A stretch of DNA of 64,000 nucleotides from Candidatus Latescibacterota bacterium. GTDB taxonomy: Bacteria; Latescibacterota; UBA2968; GCA-2709665. Within the stretch, counting starts at the first letter, position 1; each line of letters begins with the position of its first letter. The stretch is taken from contig OZ241917.1 of assembly GCA_965203805.1 (NCBI GenBank), forward strand, positions 1,440,001 to 1,504,000. Reading direction: 5' to 3'. Of the stretch, positions 29,379-39,640 are shown piece by piece. The notes below the pieces were generated by a model. That model was not told the origin of the DNA and made no database searches. It saw only the letters and a list, made by a program, of their open reading frames with translations. Position numbers and translations under genes: made by a program.

Positions 29379-29777
29379 CTAAACGAATACTGAAGGCGAA
29401 ACGCCAAATCGCCTGGACAGAGCACGGACCTGCCGGATGTTCAGCTCTCGTTTTCCGCTCAGGGTCTCCGAAATCACTCCTTGCGAGCCTACCTCCGGCA
29501 AATCGGACTGAGTCAATTCGTGCTCTTCCATGAGAAGTCGAAGTGGATCTGCGCCCTCCAGGCTGGGCATGGAACAGTGTTGTTCTTCCCAGGCGTGGAC
29601 AACGGCCCCCAGCGTATCGAGCAAAGAATAAAGCGGATGTCGCTCATCCGTGCCTACTTCGTCGATCAGGCTGTTGAGCCGCTGCAAGGCCAGGTCGTAT
29701 TCCCGCTCGTTCCGGATCTTGAGTAGCGTGCTCACTTGCGACCATGATCGCTGAAGCTGTGGAGTAATAACGCTCAT
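29379..29777 (-). CDS. higA: HigA-like antitoxin / HTH regulator
   Basis: EYD.AL..L..L.D, L..LM.EH.L.QSDLPEVGSQGVISE.L.GKRELN.RQ. Confidence 0.85.
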   Translation of the reverse strand: MSVITPQLQRSWSQVSTLLKIRNEREYDLALQRLNSLIDEVGTDERHPLYSLLDTLGAVVHAWEEQHCSMPSLEGADPLRLLMEEHELTQSDLPEVGSQGVISETLSGKRELNIRQVRALSRRFGVSPSVFV

Positions 29778-29851
29778 GTCCTCCATCCTACTCGGTCATA
29801 TGCCTGGTGTGTAAGCACATCACGGATGTATACTTTGCCCCGATTGAAGTG
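29774..29851 (-). pseudogene. higB: 3' remnant of a HigB toxin
   Basis: HFNRGKVYIRDVLTHQAYDRVGWRT* overlaps the higA ATG (ATGA); no in-frame start upstream. Confidence 0.75.
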
Positions 29852-29892
29852 AGCGAACCCCAGGATTGAGCCATTCCCTCAGAATTTAATTA

Positions 29893-30258
29893 TTATGAGT
29901 CAATGGCTTCTCGCGACAAGGTTGACTTGAAAAACCGTTCCTGGAATTCCGTCATCGTGATGATTTGCGCGTCGGAATAGTGCGCACCCTCAGGCACAAC
30001 GACGAGCTTGTCGTCATCGTCGTCTTCTCTTTGAATGACGGCGATGCACCTTCCGCTGAAGGACTCTATCGGTCTATGGACGCCAAGGACATAGGCGTCG
30101 AGGTTGTCGCCGTCAGGCGCCGGGACATCTTGGAGAAATCCGTAGTTGACCGGATAGTCGAACCCCGCCTCAGGATGCCCGGAGCCAATGGGCCGGTCTA
30201 TCGTGACCCGTACCGTCTTTCCGACAAATGTCCTTGCGTCGACGAATTCGGCCGTCAT
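29893..30258 (-). CDS. Short inorganic pyrophosphatase-like protein
   Basis: DRP.GS.HP, YPVNYG, DGDNLDAYVLG, DDDDKLVV. Confidence 0.8.
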   Translation of the reverse strand: MTAEFVDARTFVGKTVRVTIDRPIGSGHPEAGFDYPVNYGFLQDVPAPDGDNLDAYVLGVHRPIESFSGRCIAVIQREDDDDDKLVVVPEGAHYSDAQIITMTEFQERFFKSTLSREAIDS

Positions 30259-30297
30259 GTCTGACCGGTCTCCAGTACTCTACAAAATCAATCACCG

Positions 30298-30642
30298 TCA
30301 CACAGGGTCGTAGACGCAGGCATCCAGAATGCTCAGCACTTCATTGAGCACAGTCCGCGGCGCACTCGAAACCCGCTCCACCCTCCGGCTGGCGTAATCG
30401 ACTGATTTGATCTGCTCGACCATAATGTAGCCGCTAACAGCCTGTCCTTTCGGGATCGTAACATGAAACGGGATATTTCTGAATGTGCGGGTGATCGGGC
30501 ACACCATAGCGAGCCCGGTATGTCTGTTGAACAACGTATTGCTGATGACCAGAGCGGGACGACGGCCCATTTGCTCGTGTCCGGACTGGGGACTGAAGCT
30601 CAACATGACGAATTCGCCTTTATGGGGAACATATTCTGACAT
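30298..30642 (-). CDS. mazF: MazF/PemK endoribonuclease toxin
   Basis: F.PQSGHEQ.GRRPALVISN..FN...CPIT, EQ.KSVD. Confidence 0.92.
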   Translation of the reverse strand: MSEYVPHKGEFVMLSFSPQSGHEQMGRRPALVISNTLFNRHTGLAMVCPITRTFRNIPFHVTIPKGQAVSGYIMVEQIKSVDYASRRVERVSSAPRTVLNEVLSILDACVYDPV

Positions 30643-30891
30643 CTACCACACTTCTTTCCCCGTGGGCTCTCCCCAGCCCAATTCTTCGATCTGATAGTCC
30701 GAAGGCATTCTGGAAATCAGTTCGTTCAGATCGTACTTCCCCCGCACTCTGGAAAAGGGTTCGACGATAATCTGACCGTCTCTCACGGAGACGTTGACCT
30801 GATCGCCGACATTGATTCGGGCTTCCGCCATAATTGATTTGGAAAAACGAAGCCCCTGGCTGTTGCCCCATTTTTGTACTCTGGTCACCAT
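30643..30891 (-). CDS. mazE: MazE/AbrB antitoxin
   Basis: VQKWGNSQGLR, C-terminal WG.P.GKEVW. Confidence 0.92.
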   Translation of the reverse strand: MVTRVQKWGNSQGLRFSKSIMAEARINVGDQVNVSVRDGQIIVEPFSRVRGKYDLNELISRMPSDYQIEELGWGEPTGKEVW

Positions 30892-30948
30892 CGGCTGTCT
30901 CCTCGAAATCATAAAGTCAGTGAAGTATATACGAAGTATATACAATGA

Positions 30949-31455
30949 TCAATCAGATTGCAAGCGGATTCGCAGACACCGGGTCGACGCTTTATTCGGT
31001 ATGGATCGCCTCCACCCTGTCAATCTTACCATTTGAACGTGGGTAGCGTCTTCATCGACGATCGAAAACCCCAGCCTTCGGTAGAACGCGATACCGCGGG
31101 TGTTGATCTTGAGTACCTGAAGGGTTACGGCCTTTTTCTGTGCGCGCGCATCCGCGACAATGCGGTTCATGCACGCCGACCCGAGCCCTTTTCCCTGGTA
31201 CTCGGGAAGGACGAACATCTGATGGATTCTGACCGAATCGGCTGTGGCGGAGGTGGAAAAGTAACCGATGTCATTCGCTTGAAACCGGATGATTCGGACA
31301 TCCTGTGAAGCAATTCGCGCATCGTGCAATTCCCGCTGGCGGATATGATCCCAGCCCCAGACCTGATCGACGTACCTCCTGAACGCCGCCTCTTTCACGG
31401 CAAAGACAAAGTCGCTGTCAGACTCGCGCGCCGTGCGAATGTTCAGTCCATCCAT
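30949..31455 (-). CDS. GNAT acetyltransferase
   Basis: PEYQGKGLGS, L.VLK.N..GI.FYRRLGF. Confidence 0.85.
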   Translation of the reverse strand: MDGLNIRTARESDSDFVFAVKEAAFRRYVDQVWGWDHIRQRELHDARIASQDVRIIRFQANDIGYFSTSATADSVRIHQMFVLPEYQGKGLGSACMNRIVADARAQKKAVTLQVLKINTRGIAFYRRLGFSIVDEDATHVQMVRLTGWRRSIPNKASTRCLRIRLQSD

Positions 31456-31509
31456 GGCGAGACATATACTTAACAGCCGAGTGCTGTGGGGATTTTGAAT
31501 GGGAAACCA

Positions 31510-32223
31510 TTAATGTCGGTGCGTTACGTGCTTTTTTAGAATATTGACTATTTTTCTTACTTCCTTCTCCGAAAGCTCTTCCCTTCTATTTTCAATGAAA
31601 TAATTGATTTTATGTAAATTAGTGACGTACACGTATTTGTAATCCGGATCATATTTCATCTCTCCTCGAACGGATAACAATACACTAGAAACTCGCGGAT
31701 AGTTGCTCTTAAACCATCCCCATTTGGACTTTAGGACTATCCACAAAACTCGTCCCGCCCTACCCACTTGCTCGTGGGGACTCATTCCTGTTTGTAGATT
31801 GTAATATCGCGTGCTCCAGTTCTTCGCTTCGATTACGACAGTCCCCTTTCTTGATACCACCACAAAGTCCATTTGGGCTGTTCTGAGATTTCTAATTCCA
31901 TTGTATGTAACGTAGCGAGGAAGAGAGGCATTTAATCCGCACAACACGTAATAGTTATCGCTCAGGTGCGACAATTGTTCTAGGGTCCGAATCTCTCCCT
32001 CTGCTCCCGCATATAGTGGGTTTTTTCTGTTTCGTTCGAATTTCTCGATCTTTCTTCTTGTTCTCCATCTCCTTATTCCCGCAATAAAGCCGATACCCTT
32101 TTCATTGAGTTCGTTTTTCAGCTTTTGATGTACATGTCCGATATCTTCGTATTTTCTTACCTGTTTTGGATATAGGTCCAGCAGTTGTTTTTCACTGTCC
32201 GGCCTGCCGTAGATTAACGCCAT
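31510..32223 (-). CDS. NERD (nuclease-related) domain protein
   Basis: GAEGE, Q.DFVVV, IEAKNW, SPHEQ; visibly lower GC than its flanks. Confidence 0.82.
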   Translation of the reverse strand: MALIYGRPDSEKQLLDLYPKQVRKYEDIGHVHQKLKNELNEKGIGFIAGIRRWRTRRKIEKFERNRKNPLYAGAEGEIRTLEQLSHLSDNYYVLCGLNASLPRYVTYNGIRNLRTAQMDFVVVSRKGTVVIEAKNWSTRYYNLQTGMSPHEQVGRAGRVLWIVLKSKWGWFKSNYPRVSSVLLSVRGEMKYDPDYKYVYVTNLHKINYFIENRREELSEKEVRKIVNILKKHVTHRH

Positions 32224-32483
32224 TGGACAAACTCCAAATTTGCTTAATCCCTTTTTAACCACGTCGATTCACACCCGGTCGTCGTGTGGCTTCTACCGTC
32301 CCGTCCCTTTTGAATCTAACTCTTTCTCCGATCCGAACTCACAATTGCACCTATCGCGAGTCGCCCGGTCCTCAATCGCTGGAACCTAAAGTAAATCTTC
32401 AACGCAACATGTGCGTTCGTAAATAAACGCTGCTTGCATACAGTAGGCGGTCGAAATCCCCCCACCGCATCAGCCGTCGCCGA

Positions 32484-32563
32484 CCCTTCGATACCCTTCG
32501 ACAAGCTCAGGGACCGAACTTAGGGATCGGCTCGGCTTCCGCGACTCCCCTCAGTGGGGGAGT
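32484..32563. repeat. REP-like palindromic motifs
   Basis: cccttcgacaagctcaggg and the hairpin actcccctcagtgggggagt. Confidence 0.5.
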
Positions 32564-32601
32564 GATCGGACGGTCAAGAGTGCACGCGCGATTACCTCCA
32601 T

Positions 32602-33192
32602 CTAATTGGTCGCGGCTGAACAACGTGAAACAACGATAGGACGTATCTCGACCACACGAAAGTCGGGGCGAGACAGGGTGACCCAGGAAGGCAGACCCAA
32701 CCGTTTCCACAGCGCGAACGGTTCCAGTTCGGAGAGCCGGCTCACGAAAAGGCTCAACACCGTGCCATGCGTAACGATGGCGATATTTCTGTGTCGAAAC
32801 CGGTCTGAGAGTCCATTCACGGCATTCGAAAACCTGTCGTGCGCTTCGTCCGCCGTCTCCTCGCCAAAAACCAGGTCTGCCGGACCGCAGAAAAAACGCT
32901 CGACCGATCGCTCGAATCGATCCTTTTCCAGGAAGCCGACGTTGCCGCGCTCGTGTTCGTGCAATCCTTCGACGATTTCTATCGGGACGTCCAGCGCTTC
33001 GGCCGCGATTTCGGCCGTCTCCACGGCCTTGGGCTCATCGCTGCTTACAACCAGATTGAGATCGTATCCTGCCAATTTCTCGCCAAGCATCCGCGAACGG
33101 ACACGACCTTCGTCCGATAGGCGCCACTTCCTGGCCGGGACGCCAGGATCGACCAGAGGCAACGAGTGCTTCACGAGAACGAGAGCAGACAT
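32602..33192 (-). CDS. Histidine phosphatase family protein
   Basis: LVKHS (variant of RHG), SS.E.KA.ETA, LHE, VTHG. Confidence 0.8.
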   Translation of the reverse strand: MSALVLVKHSLPLVDPGVPARKWRLSDEGRVRSRMLGEKLAGYDLNLVVSSDEPKAVETAEIAAEALDVPIEIVEGLHEHERGNVGFLEKDRFERSVERFFCGPADLVFGEETADEAHDRFSNAVNGLSDRFRHRNIAIVTHGTVLSLFVSRLSELEPFALWKRLGLPSWVTLSRPDFRVVEIRPIVVSRCSAATN

Positions 33193-33287
33193 TGTGGGGC
33201 GACGAATCCTCTCAGATCCCGATAAGAGGCCGAGATCCTTGAATCGATACGCGATTTTTCGCTGACATCATGTTGTTAAACGAAGAG

Positions 33288-33563
33288 TTACTTCAAGCTC
33301 AATACCAGTTCCTTTCCCAAGGCCCTGGCCGCTTTTGTCAGCGTCGACAGCCGGACGTCACCAGTCCGGTTTTCCAGGCGGGAAATGGCGATTTTCCTGG
33401 TATGCATCAACCTGGCGAGTTGCTCCTGCGTCAAGCCGGCATCCTCTCGAGCCTGCCGCAGCAAAACGCCGAATTCGAACTCCTTATACCCTTCCTCAAA
33501 CCCCTCCGCGAACTCAGGATCGGACGCTTTCCGACTTGCAATATATCTCTCTACATCGCTCAT
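33288..33563 (-). CDS. XRE-HTH antitoxin-like protein (orphan)
   Basis: DPEF...F...Y, LRQARE.AGLTQEQLA, ISRLEN, RLSTL...A.ALGK.L. Confidence 0.82.
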   Translation of the reverse strand: MSDVERYIASRKASDPEFAEGFEEGYKEFEFGVLLRQAREDAGLTQEQLARLMHTRKIAISRLENRTGDVRLSTLTKAARALGKELVLSLK

Positions 33564-33627
33564 GATTCACGCTCCATGTGTTGTATCCGGACACGCGACG
33601 GGTTGCGGCGCGTAACGAATTTTTCGT

Positions 33628-34101
33628 TCATTCGCCCAGGTCAAAGGGTTCATCAGGCGGCTCGTTCCTGGATAGGCTCTCCAGTACAGAATGAAGATCG
33701 CGCGGCCAAAACGTCTTTTCAAACCTGCCGATGTCGTCAATCGACCACCAGCGGAATTCGCGGAAGGCCGATGCCTCGCCGCGCGCGGGATTCGCGTCCA
33801 TGGTCGGTTCGAAGGGTTCAGTCTGAACCCAATAGAAGTATTCGTTCTGGCTGTATGCACGGTTGTCCCACGTGAATTCGATCCGCCGGGTCCATACCAT
33901 TTGTCCCACTGAGAATCTCGTTGCGCCCGTCTCCTCCGCGACCTCCCGGCGAAGCGCATCCTCATCAGATTCACCGGGCTCCAGACCTCCACCTGGCGTA
34001 ACCCAGAACTCATTCCCGGACACGGGTTCCTGAACTCTCATCAGCAAAACCCTCTGGTCCGACGTCATCATCACCGCTCGTACAACCCGTCTCTTGATCA
34101 T
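33628..34101 (-). CDS. NUDIX hydrolase
   Basis: PGGGLEPGES..DALRREVAEETG. Confidence 0.88.
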   Translation of the reverse strand: MIKRRVVRAVMMTSDQRVLLMRVQEPVSGNEFWVTPGGGLEPGESDEDALRREVAEETGATRFSVGQMVWTRRIEFTWDNRAYSQNEYFYWVQTEPFEPTMDANPARGEASAFREFRWWSIDDIGRFEKTFWPRDLHSVLESLSRNEPPDEPFDLGE

Positions 34102-34616
34102 GGATGTGTCCGTTTGGTGAAACAGTATAGACGCCGGATTCGCGTCTGACTGACTCGCGGCGCCCATTTCAAAGCAATATCGCCCTGTGGCATAGCGGAT
34201 TGTCCTGTCTTATCAGACGACTCGCCGGGCCATACGCTCCCATCTTGTCCTGCGATCCGGGATCACTGAAGGAATATGGACTTAATTACGCACAAGATCA
34301 AGTCCCCCCTCCCCCGTTTCTTGATTCTGCATCCAGGGAGGGATATATATAAATTATTGTTATTAAATTGTTTTACTGAAAAACAAAAATGCGGAAAAAA
34401 CAGGCGATTTTCTGTTATGCGATGGCATGCGGGCAGTACGGCGGGAGGGCCTGAAGAATCCGGCAGGCGGCGGGGCATTTGCGGGGACATCGACGAGATG
34501 CTGCGATGGCTTGCGGTTTCGCGCTGATCGTCAAAGCGGCGACGGTCTCCATCCGGTTCCTGGGCCGGATTGGCTTCGGGGAATCTGCCGGGGAACCGCG
34601 AGTGAGGGCGCCCGGT

Positions 34617-35294
34617 TTACGCACCACCCCTCTCTATCAGCCGACCGTCGAGAATACGGACGATCCGTCCGGCGTTCCGGGCGATTTGCGCTTCGTGGGT
34701 GACCAGGATGATGGTGCTGCCGCGGTCATGCAGACCATCAAGGATATCCATGATTTCGGCGCCAGTCTTCGAATCCAGGTTGCCCGTGGGCTCGTCGGCC
34801 AGAATAATCGCCGGGTCATTCACCAGCGCCCGGGCGATCGCGACCCTCTGGCGCTGTCCGCCAGACAGCTCATTGGGCCTGTGATACATGCGGTCTGCAA
34901 GGCCCACTCGCTCGAGTTCCTCGGTGGCTCGCTTCATTCGCTCGGTCGGAGATCTTGCACAGTAAATGAGGGGAAGCGCCACATTGTCCAGGGCAGTCGC
35001 AAGGGGCAGAAGGTTGAAGGTCTGAAACACGAATCCGATTTTGAGATTGCGCGTTTCCGCGAGCCGGTCGTCATCCAGGTCCGCTACGCTCTCTCCGTCC
35101 AGGAGGTAATCGCCGGCAGTCGGGGTGTCCAGGCATCCGATGATGTTCATCAACGTGGACTTCCCCGACCCGGACGGTCCCATTACCGCGATGTATTCGC
35201 CTGCTTCGATCTGCAAGCTCACGTCGTGCAATGCCGGTACGTCCTGAGTGCCCATTTGAAACGTCTTACGAATTTTCCTCAGGTCGATAACCAT
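34617..35294 (-). CDS. ABC ATPase (MacB/LolD type)
   Basis: [30 protein letters not shown]. Confidence 0.93.
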   Translation of the reverse strand: MVIDLRKIRKTFQMGTQDVPALHDVSLQIEAGEYIAVMGPSGSGKSTLMNIIGCLDTPTAGDYLLDGESVADLDDDRLAETRNLKIGFVFQTFNLLPLATALDNVALPLIYCARSPTERMKRATEELERVGLADRMYHRPNELSGGQRQRVAIARALVNDPAIILADEPTGNLDSKTGAEIMDILDGLHDRGSTIILVTHEAQIARNAGRIVRILDGRLIERGGA

Positions 35295-35475
35295 CGGATC
35301 GTACCCGCCCGCTATCAGTCCGTTGAAAAAGTCGCTCTGCAGGTGAGGCCGAGTCATTGCGGCCGAAGACAAGGCGCGCGACCGACGCGAATCCCTGGAT
35401 TCGGGGAGGGAGCGCAACGCCGTCATTCGGTCACAAGGGCCGGACGTAGCCCGGATGGACTTTTTCAACGGGCTG

Positions 35476-37119
35476 TTAAGGAGAACTCTCCTCATTCAAG
35501 AGACTGCGCTCTTCTTCAAAGTCGTACAGCGTCTGGCGTTTCAAGTCGGCCACCGCGAGTTGATATTGGATGTAGGCATCCAAATAGGCCTGGCGGGATT
35601 GCGTAAGGTCGTCCCGGGTTCGCGTGAGATCCTGCGCGGTAATATCCCCGTTTTCGAATCTCGCCAGGTCGATCTCGTAACTGCGCAACGCAACATCTTC
35701 GCTTTTTCTGAGTACCTGGAGCCTGTCGCGAGCTTCGCGAAGCCTCGCTATCGCACTTCGAATCTGTAGCACGACCTGCACGCGCTCGTCTTCCAGGTCC
35801 AGCATGCGCTGGTCCAGCCGCGTCTGCGCCGATGAAACTCTCGCTCTATTCTGGCGGGAATCCCACAGTGGGACCCGTAGCGTGAACGCCATGCCCAGGT
35901 TACGCGGGCGGCGCCGAAGGTCATTCCAACTGGCGTCGATCAGGTCCGACGTAGACGTGTCTTCAGGCAGGGCATTGGTCAACCCTGTCCGCTCGTACGA
36001 GGCGGAGAATTCACCTCGGACAGATCCGGCTGCTCGGGTCTCCCGGAGGTTGATCTCGGCCAGGCGATGGTCAATCTCGCGCTGCCGAAGTGACGCACTG
36101 TGGCGCAGCCCGTGCGAAATCGCAAGGTCTTCGTCGATCTCAAAGATCTTCAGATTCAGTGAGGGGCGAACGGTCACACTGTCGTCCAGAGACAGGCCAA
36201 GCGCCAGTCTGAGCCGGTCAGCGTTGCGCTTCATGCGGCCATCTGCCTGGAGAAGCTGATTTCGGCTTCGTGAGAGCGCCACTTCCATCTGAAGCGCTTC
36301 CACCTCGGGGATCAGCCCGGCCTCGAATTTTTTCTGTGCGAGGTCATAAGACTGCTTTTGCTGTTCGAGGGCTTCCCGGGCAATTTCAAGGCGACGTTGA
36401 GCGCTGTAGAATTCGTAGAATGCCTGTGTGATATCGTAGATTATGTCGAGTTGGGTGCTGGTGAAGACTCGCTGCTGATTTTCCAGCCGCAACCGGGCGC
36501 GTTCCAGATTGAGCTTAAGCTGGTTTGGCGCAAACAGCGGCTGCCGAAAGCGAACATCGAGCGTGCTGAAAAAGCGCTTGCTGCGATCGGAAAGATCGAG
36601 CTGTTCCTGAAATACCGATTCCCGAAGTTGCCGGAAATTGGACCCGAATGTCAACTCCCCATCTGTCATCAGAAACGGCTGACTGACGGAAACGGCCCCG
36701 AACCATTGGAGCATTCCTATTTTGTTGTAGATGGGCAGCCGATTGGGCACACGAATGGCCTGCACGTTTTCCACGTAATCGGGCGCTTGCAAAGTAAGAT
36801 TCACACGAGCCCGTGTGCTGCGTTTCGCAGCGTCCATTTCGAATCCGGCGCCTTGAAGGTCCAGCCGAAGATGTCGCGCGCGATAACCGTCGTCCAGGGC
36901 CAGCGAAATGGCTTCGTCCAGAGTCAGATCAAGCGTCCGTGCCTGGGCGAGAGAAATCAGCTGGGCGAAGATTGTCAGAATTATCGTAATGAGGCACATA
37001 GGATTCCCCAAATTTCGCATGGTTTCCATTCGAAACGCGCTATTCAGGAGCTCCGCGCCGGCACCGGAATCGCCGGTGGCGAGATGATCGCGGGACAAAG
37101 TCGAACCTGGATGGACCAT
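35476..37119 (-). CDS. TolC-family outer-membrane channel
   Basis: LTLDEAI..AL, QP repeats, AFY, KFEAG, RFENG, Y..A...L; the start may be 37029 or later. Confidence 0.88.
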   Translation of the reverse strand: MVHPGSTLSRDHLATGDSGAGAELLNSAFRMETMRNLGNPMCLITIILTIFAQLISLAQARTLDLTLDEAISLALDDGYRARHLRLDLQGAGFEMDAAKRSTRARVNLTLQAPDYVENVQAIRVPNRLPIYNKIGMLQWFGAVSVSQPFLMTDGELTFGSNFRQLRESVFQEQLDLSDRSKRFFSTLDVRFRQPLFAPNQLKLNLERARLRLENQQRVFTSTQLDIIYDITQAFYEFYSAQRRLEIAREALEQQKQSYDLAQKKFEAGLIPEVEALQMEVALSRSRNQLLQADGRMKRNADRLRLALGLSLDDSVTVRPSLNLKIFEIDEDLAISHGLRHSASLRQREIDHRLAEINLRETRAAGSVRGEFSASYERTGLTNALPEDTSTSDLIDASWNDLRRRPRNLGMAFTLRVPLWDSRQNRARVSSAQTRLDQRMLDLEDERVQVVLQIRSAIARLREARDRLQVLRKSEDVALRSYEIDLARFENGDITAQDLTRTRDDLTQSRQAYLDAYIQYQLAVADLKRQTLYDFEEERSLLNEESSP

Positions 37120-37142
37120 GCGAAAGGGCTATTCCTGCCAGG

Positions 37143-38381
37143 TTACTCATACCTGAGCGCATCGATTGGGTTCACCAGGGCGGCGCGCCGGGCAGGAAAC
37201 GTGCCGGACACCACCCCAACCGCGCCGGACAGGCTGAAGGCCAGTACGACGGCCAGGGGCGAGACGATCGTCTCGAATTCCGCAATTGCGTCAATGAATA
37301 CGGCCATGCCGACACCCAGAAGAATGCCAACGAGACCGCCAGCAAGGCTCAGGCCCACGGCCTCAATAAGAAACTGAATCATGATTTCTCGCTGTTTGGC
37401 CCCCATGGCCCTGCGCACTCCGATCTCGCGGGTTCGCTCCAGAACAGTGGCCAGCATGATATTCATGATGCCGATGCCGCCTACGAGAAGCGAAATCGCT
37501 GCAATTGATCCAAGCACCATATTGTAAACATGGCGTTCCCGTTCCTCCTGTTTGAGGAGTTCGAACGGTATGACGAGATCGAAATCGGCGTTTTCGTGAT
37601 GTCTGCGTTGCAAGATCCGTCTGATTACGGCAGCCGCTTCCAACAGCCGCTCCGAGTCTGCCACCTGAACCGTGAGTTGATCGATCTGACTGGCAAGGGC
37701 GTTCTCTTTGCTGAACCGGCGCAGGAAAGCCGTGAGCGGAATGTAGACGTCCTGATTGAGATTGCGTGCGGCCAGCTCGCCCACGGTCTCGGTGAATAGT
37801 GCTTTGTTTGCTATGGTGCCCACCACTTCGAACCACTGGTCGTCGAGCTTGACTTGCATGCCGATGGGCTCTTCTATGGGAAAGAGCGTTCGGGAAACGT
37901 CGGCGCCGAGTACGCATACTCGAACTTCCCGATCGTGCTGATCACGCGTCAGGAATTCGCCCTTGGCGGCGGTGGACTGAAAAATCGACCGAAAAGCATC
38001 GCTCACCCCTACCAGAGTAATTTTAGCCGACTTGTCCCCGGATCTGGCTTCTACGTCCAGTTCGGCCTGTGGCGCCACGTGTACCGCACCGGGTACGATC
38101 CGGCGGATGGCTTCGGCATCGGCCAGCGACAGCCCGTACGAAAATTTGGCGCGCACCTCCTCCAGTTCCTTGTCACTCAGTTTCTTGTCACGGACAATGA
38201 TATTGTTGACGCCCAGCGCCTTGAATTTCTCCAGGGCCTCGCGTTTTGCGCCCTCGCCAACAGCGAGCATGGCAATCACCGCCGCCACCCCGAAGATGAT
38301 CCCGAGCGTCGTTAAAACCGAGCGAAGCCGATGCTGAGACAGACCTTCCAAGCCAATCCGAAGCATGTCGCGGCGATCCAT
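37143..38381 (-). CDS. MacB-type ABC permease
   Basis: RS.LT.LGII.GVAAVI, ISLLVGGIGIMNIML..V.ERTREIG.R.A.GA, PA.RAA...PI.ALRYE. Confidence 0.93.
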   Translation of the reverse strand: MDRRDMLRIGLEGLSQHRLRSVLTTLGIIFGVAAVIAMLAVGEGAKREALEKFKALGVNNIIVRDKKLSDKELEEVRAKFSYGLSLADAEAIRRIVPGAVHVAPQAELDVEARSGDKSAKITLVGVSDAFRSIFQSTAAKGEFLTRDQHDREVRVCVLGADVSRTLFPIEEPIGMQVKLDDQWFEVVGTIANKALFTETVGELAARNLNQDVYIPLTAFLRRFSKENALASQIDQLTVQVADSERLLEAAAVIRRILQRRHHENADFDLVIPFELLKQEERERHVYNMVLGSIAAISLLVGGIGIMNIMLATVLERTREIGVRRAMGAKQREIMIQFLIEAVGLSLAGGLVGILLGVGMAVFIDAIAEFETIVSPLAVVLAFSLSGAVGVVSGTFPARRAALVNPIDALRYE

Positions 38382-39640
38382 CAGGTCGAGCCCTCCCTGG
38401 CCGACGTGGCAACGCGATCACCTGGCGAGACACCGCCGAAAACAACGACATCCCGGTTGTTGCTCGGACCGAGGCTGACGGGAACTCGTTTCAGTCCCCA
38501 GATCTGCTTAACGTATAGCACGAATTCGCCGTTGTCCCGGTGGATGCAGTTGCTTCGCACAAACAGGACGTCTTCCAGGTCAGCCACCAGGAACTCACAA
38601 CTGACAGTCATGCCGGGACGCAAGAGAGGATCCGATTCCTGCAATAGCACTTCAACGGCAAAAACCTTGCTCTTGTCTTTCTTGTTCTTACGTCGGCTGA
38701 TGCGGCTGATTTCGGAAATATGTCCCGTAAAGACAAACTTGGGGAAGGCGTCCATCCTTATTCGAACCTGTTGTTTCAGCGCTACCTTGTCGATGTCGGT
38801 CTCGCTGACCCATGTCCGGACCTTCATGCGACTCAGGTCCGGGAGGCCGATAATTGGGGTACCTGGCCACAGTTGATCTCCCGCGGCGACTTTTTGACCG
38901 GTCAGCCCATTTTGACGGTATTCTATCAAACCGTAAGCAGGCGCTCTCAAGACAAAGGATTCGAGGGTTCTGCGAGCCATCGCGACTGCCGATTCGATTT
39001 TTCGGATCTTTGCCAGGTGGATTCTAAGATCTTCCGCCTGAACGAGCTCCACGGTTTCAAGTTGCTTGCGCAGTCGCCGCAGAGCAAGACGTTTAATCTG
39101 TTTGTCAAAGGCCTTTAGCTCCTTCTGAGTCACGGACGAGAAGCGTACTCGCTGTTCGTCGATTGCCGCCATGCGTAACGACGATTCGGCCGAACGAATT
39201 CTGCCCTCCAGGTCCTTGCGTTTGCTTGCGTGCTCGACGTGCATCCTGTTAAGGTCGGCCCGGGCAATCGCCAGGTCGGACTCCTTGCGGCCCATGAACT
39301 GGACCACACCGGAAGCCTCAATACTGCCCACGACGTCGCCTTTCTTCGCAAGGGTGCCTTCGGGCTCGAGCTTCGTAATTTTCGGACGGCCGTATTGCCA
39401 GTTGAAATGGGGCATCGGAATGATCGTGTACCGTACGGCCTGCAGTTCTCCCGTTTCAGTCAACGTGGACCGAAAGCGGCCACTCTTAACTCGCGCAAAT
39501 TCAAGGGTTGTATCGCCGCATCCGGATTGGATGAGAAGAGCCAACCCTAATAAAAGACCCTGGCCGAGCGCCCGGGTCTTGTTGACACGGCGGCAAGAAG
39601 GTCGTTTGTCAGTTTCTTGAACGCCTGGAACACGGTTCAT
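38381..39640 (-). CDS. Periplasmic adaptor (MFP) subunit 3
   Basis: Lipobox-like QSGC, TGELQA, coiled coil, LPDLS.M, LRPGMT. Confidence 0.87.
   Translation of the reverse strand: MNRVPGVQETDKRPSCRRVNKTRALGQGLLLGLALLIQSGCGDTTLEFARVKSGRFRSTLTETGELQAVRYTIIPMPHFNWQYGRPKITKLEPEGTLAKKGDVVGSIEASGVVQFMGRKESDLAIARADLNRMHVEHASKRKDLEGRIRSAESSLRMAAIDEQRVRFSSVTQKELKAFDKQIKRLALRRLRKQLETVELVQAEDLRIHLAKIRKIESAVAMARRTLESFVLRAPAYGLIEYRQNGLTGQKVAAGDQLWPGTPIIGLPDLSRMKVRTWVSETDIDKVALKQQVRIRMDAFPKFVFTGHISEISRISRRKNKKDKSKVFAVEVLLQESDPLLRPGMTVSCEFLVADLEDVLFVRSNCIHRDNGEFVLYVKQIWGLKRVPVSLGPSNNRDVVVFGGVSPGDRVATSAREGST

Noticed and set aside
34270-34420. AT-rich stretch as an origin or a fourth sigma54 cassette
   Set aside because: No DnaA boxes, no -24/-12 motif and no enhancer boxes found.
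34479-37377. Plus-strand ORFs of 375 aa and 339 aa
   Set aside because: Typical antisense shadows of the ABC ATPase and TolC genes.
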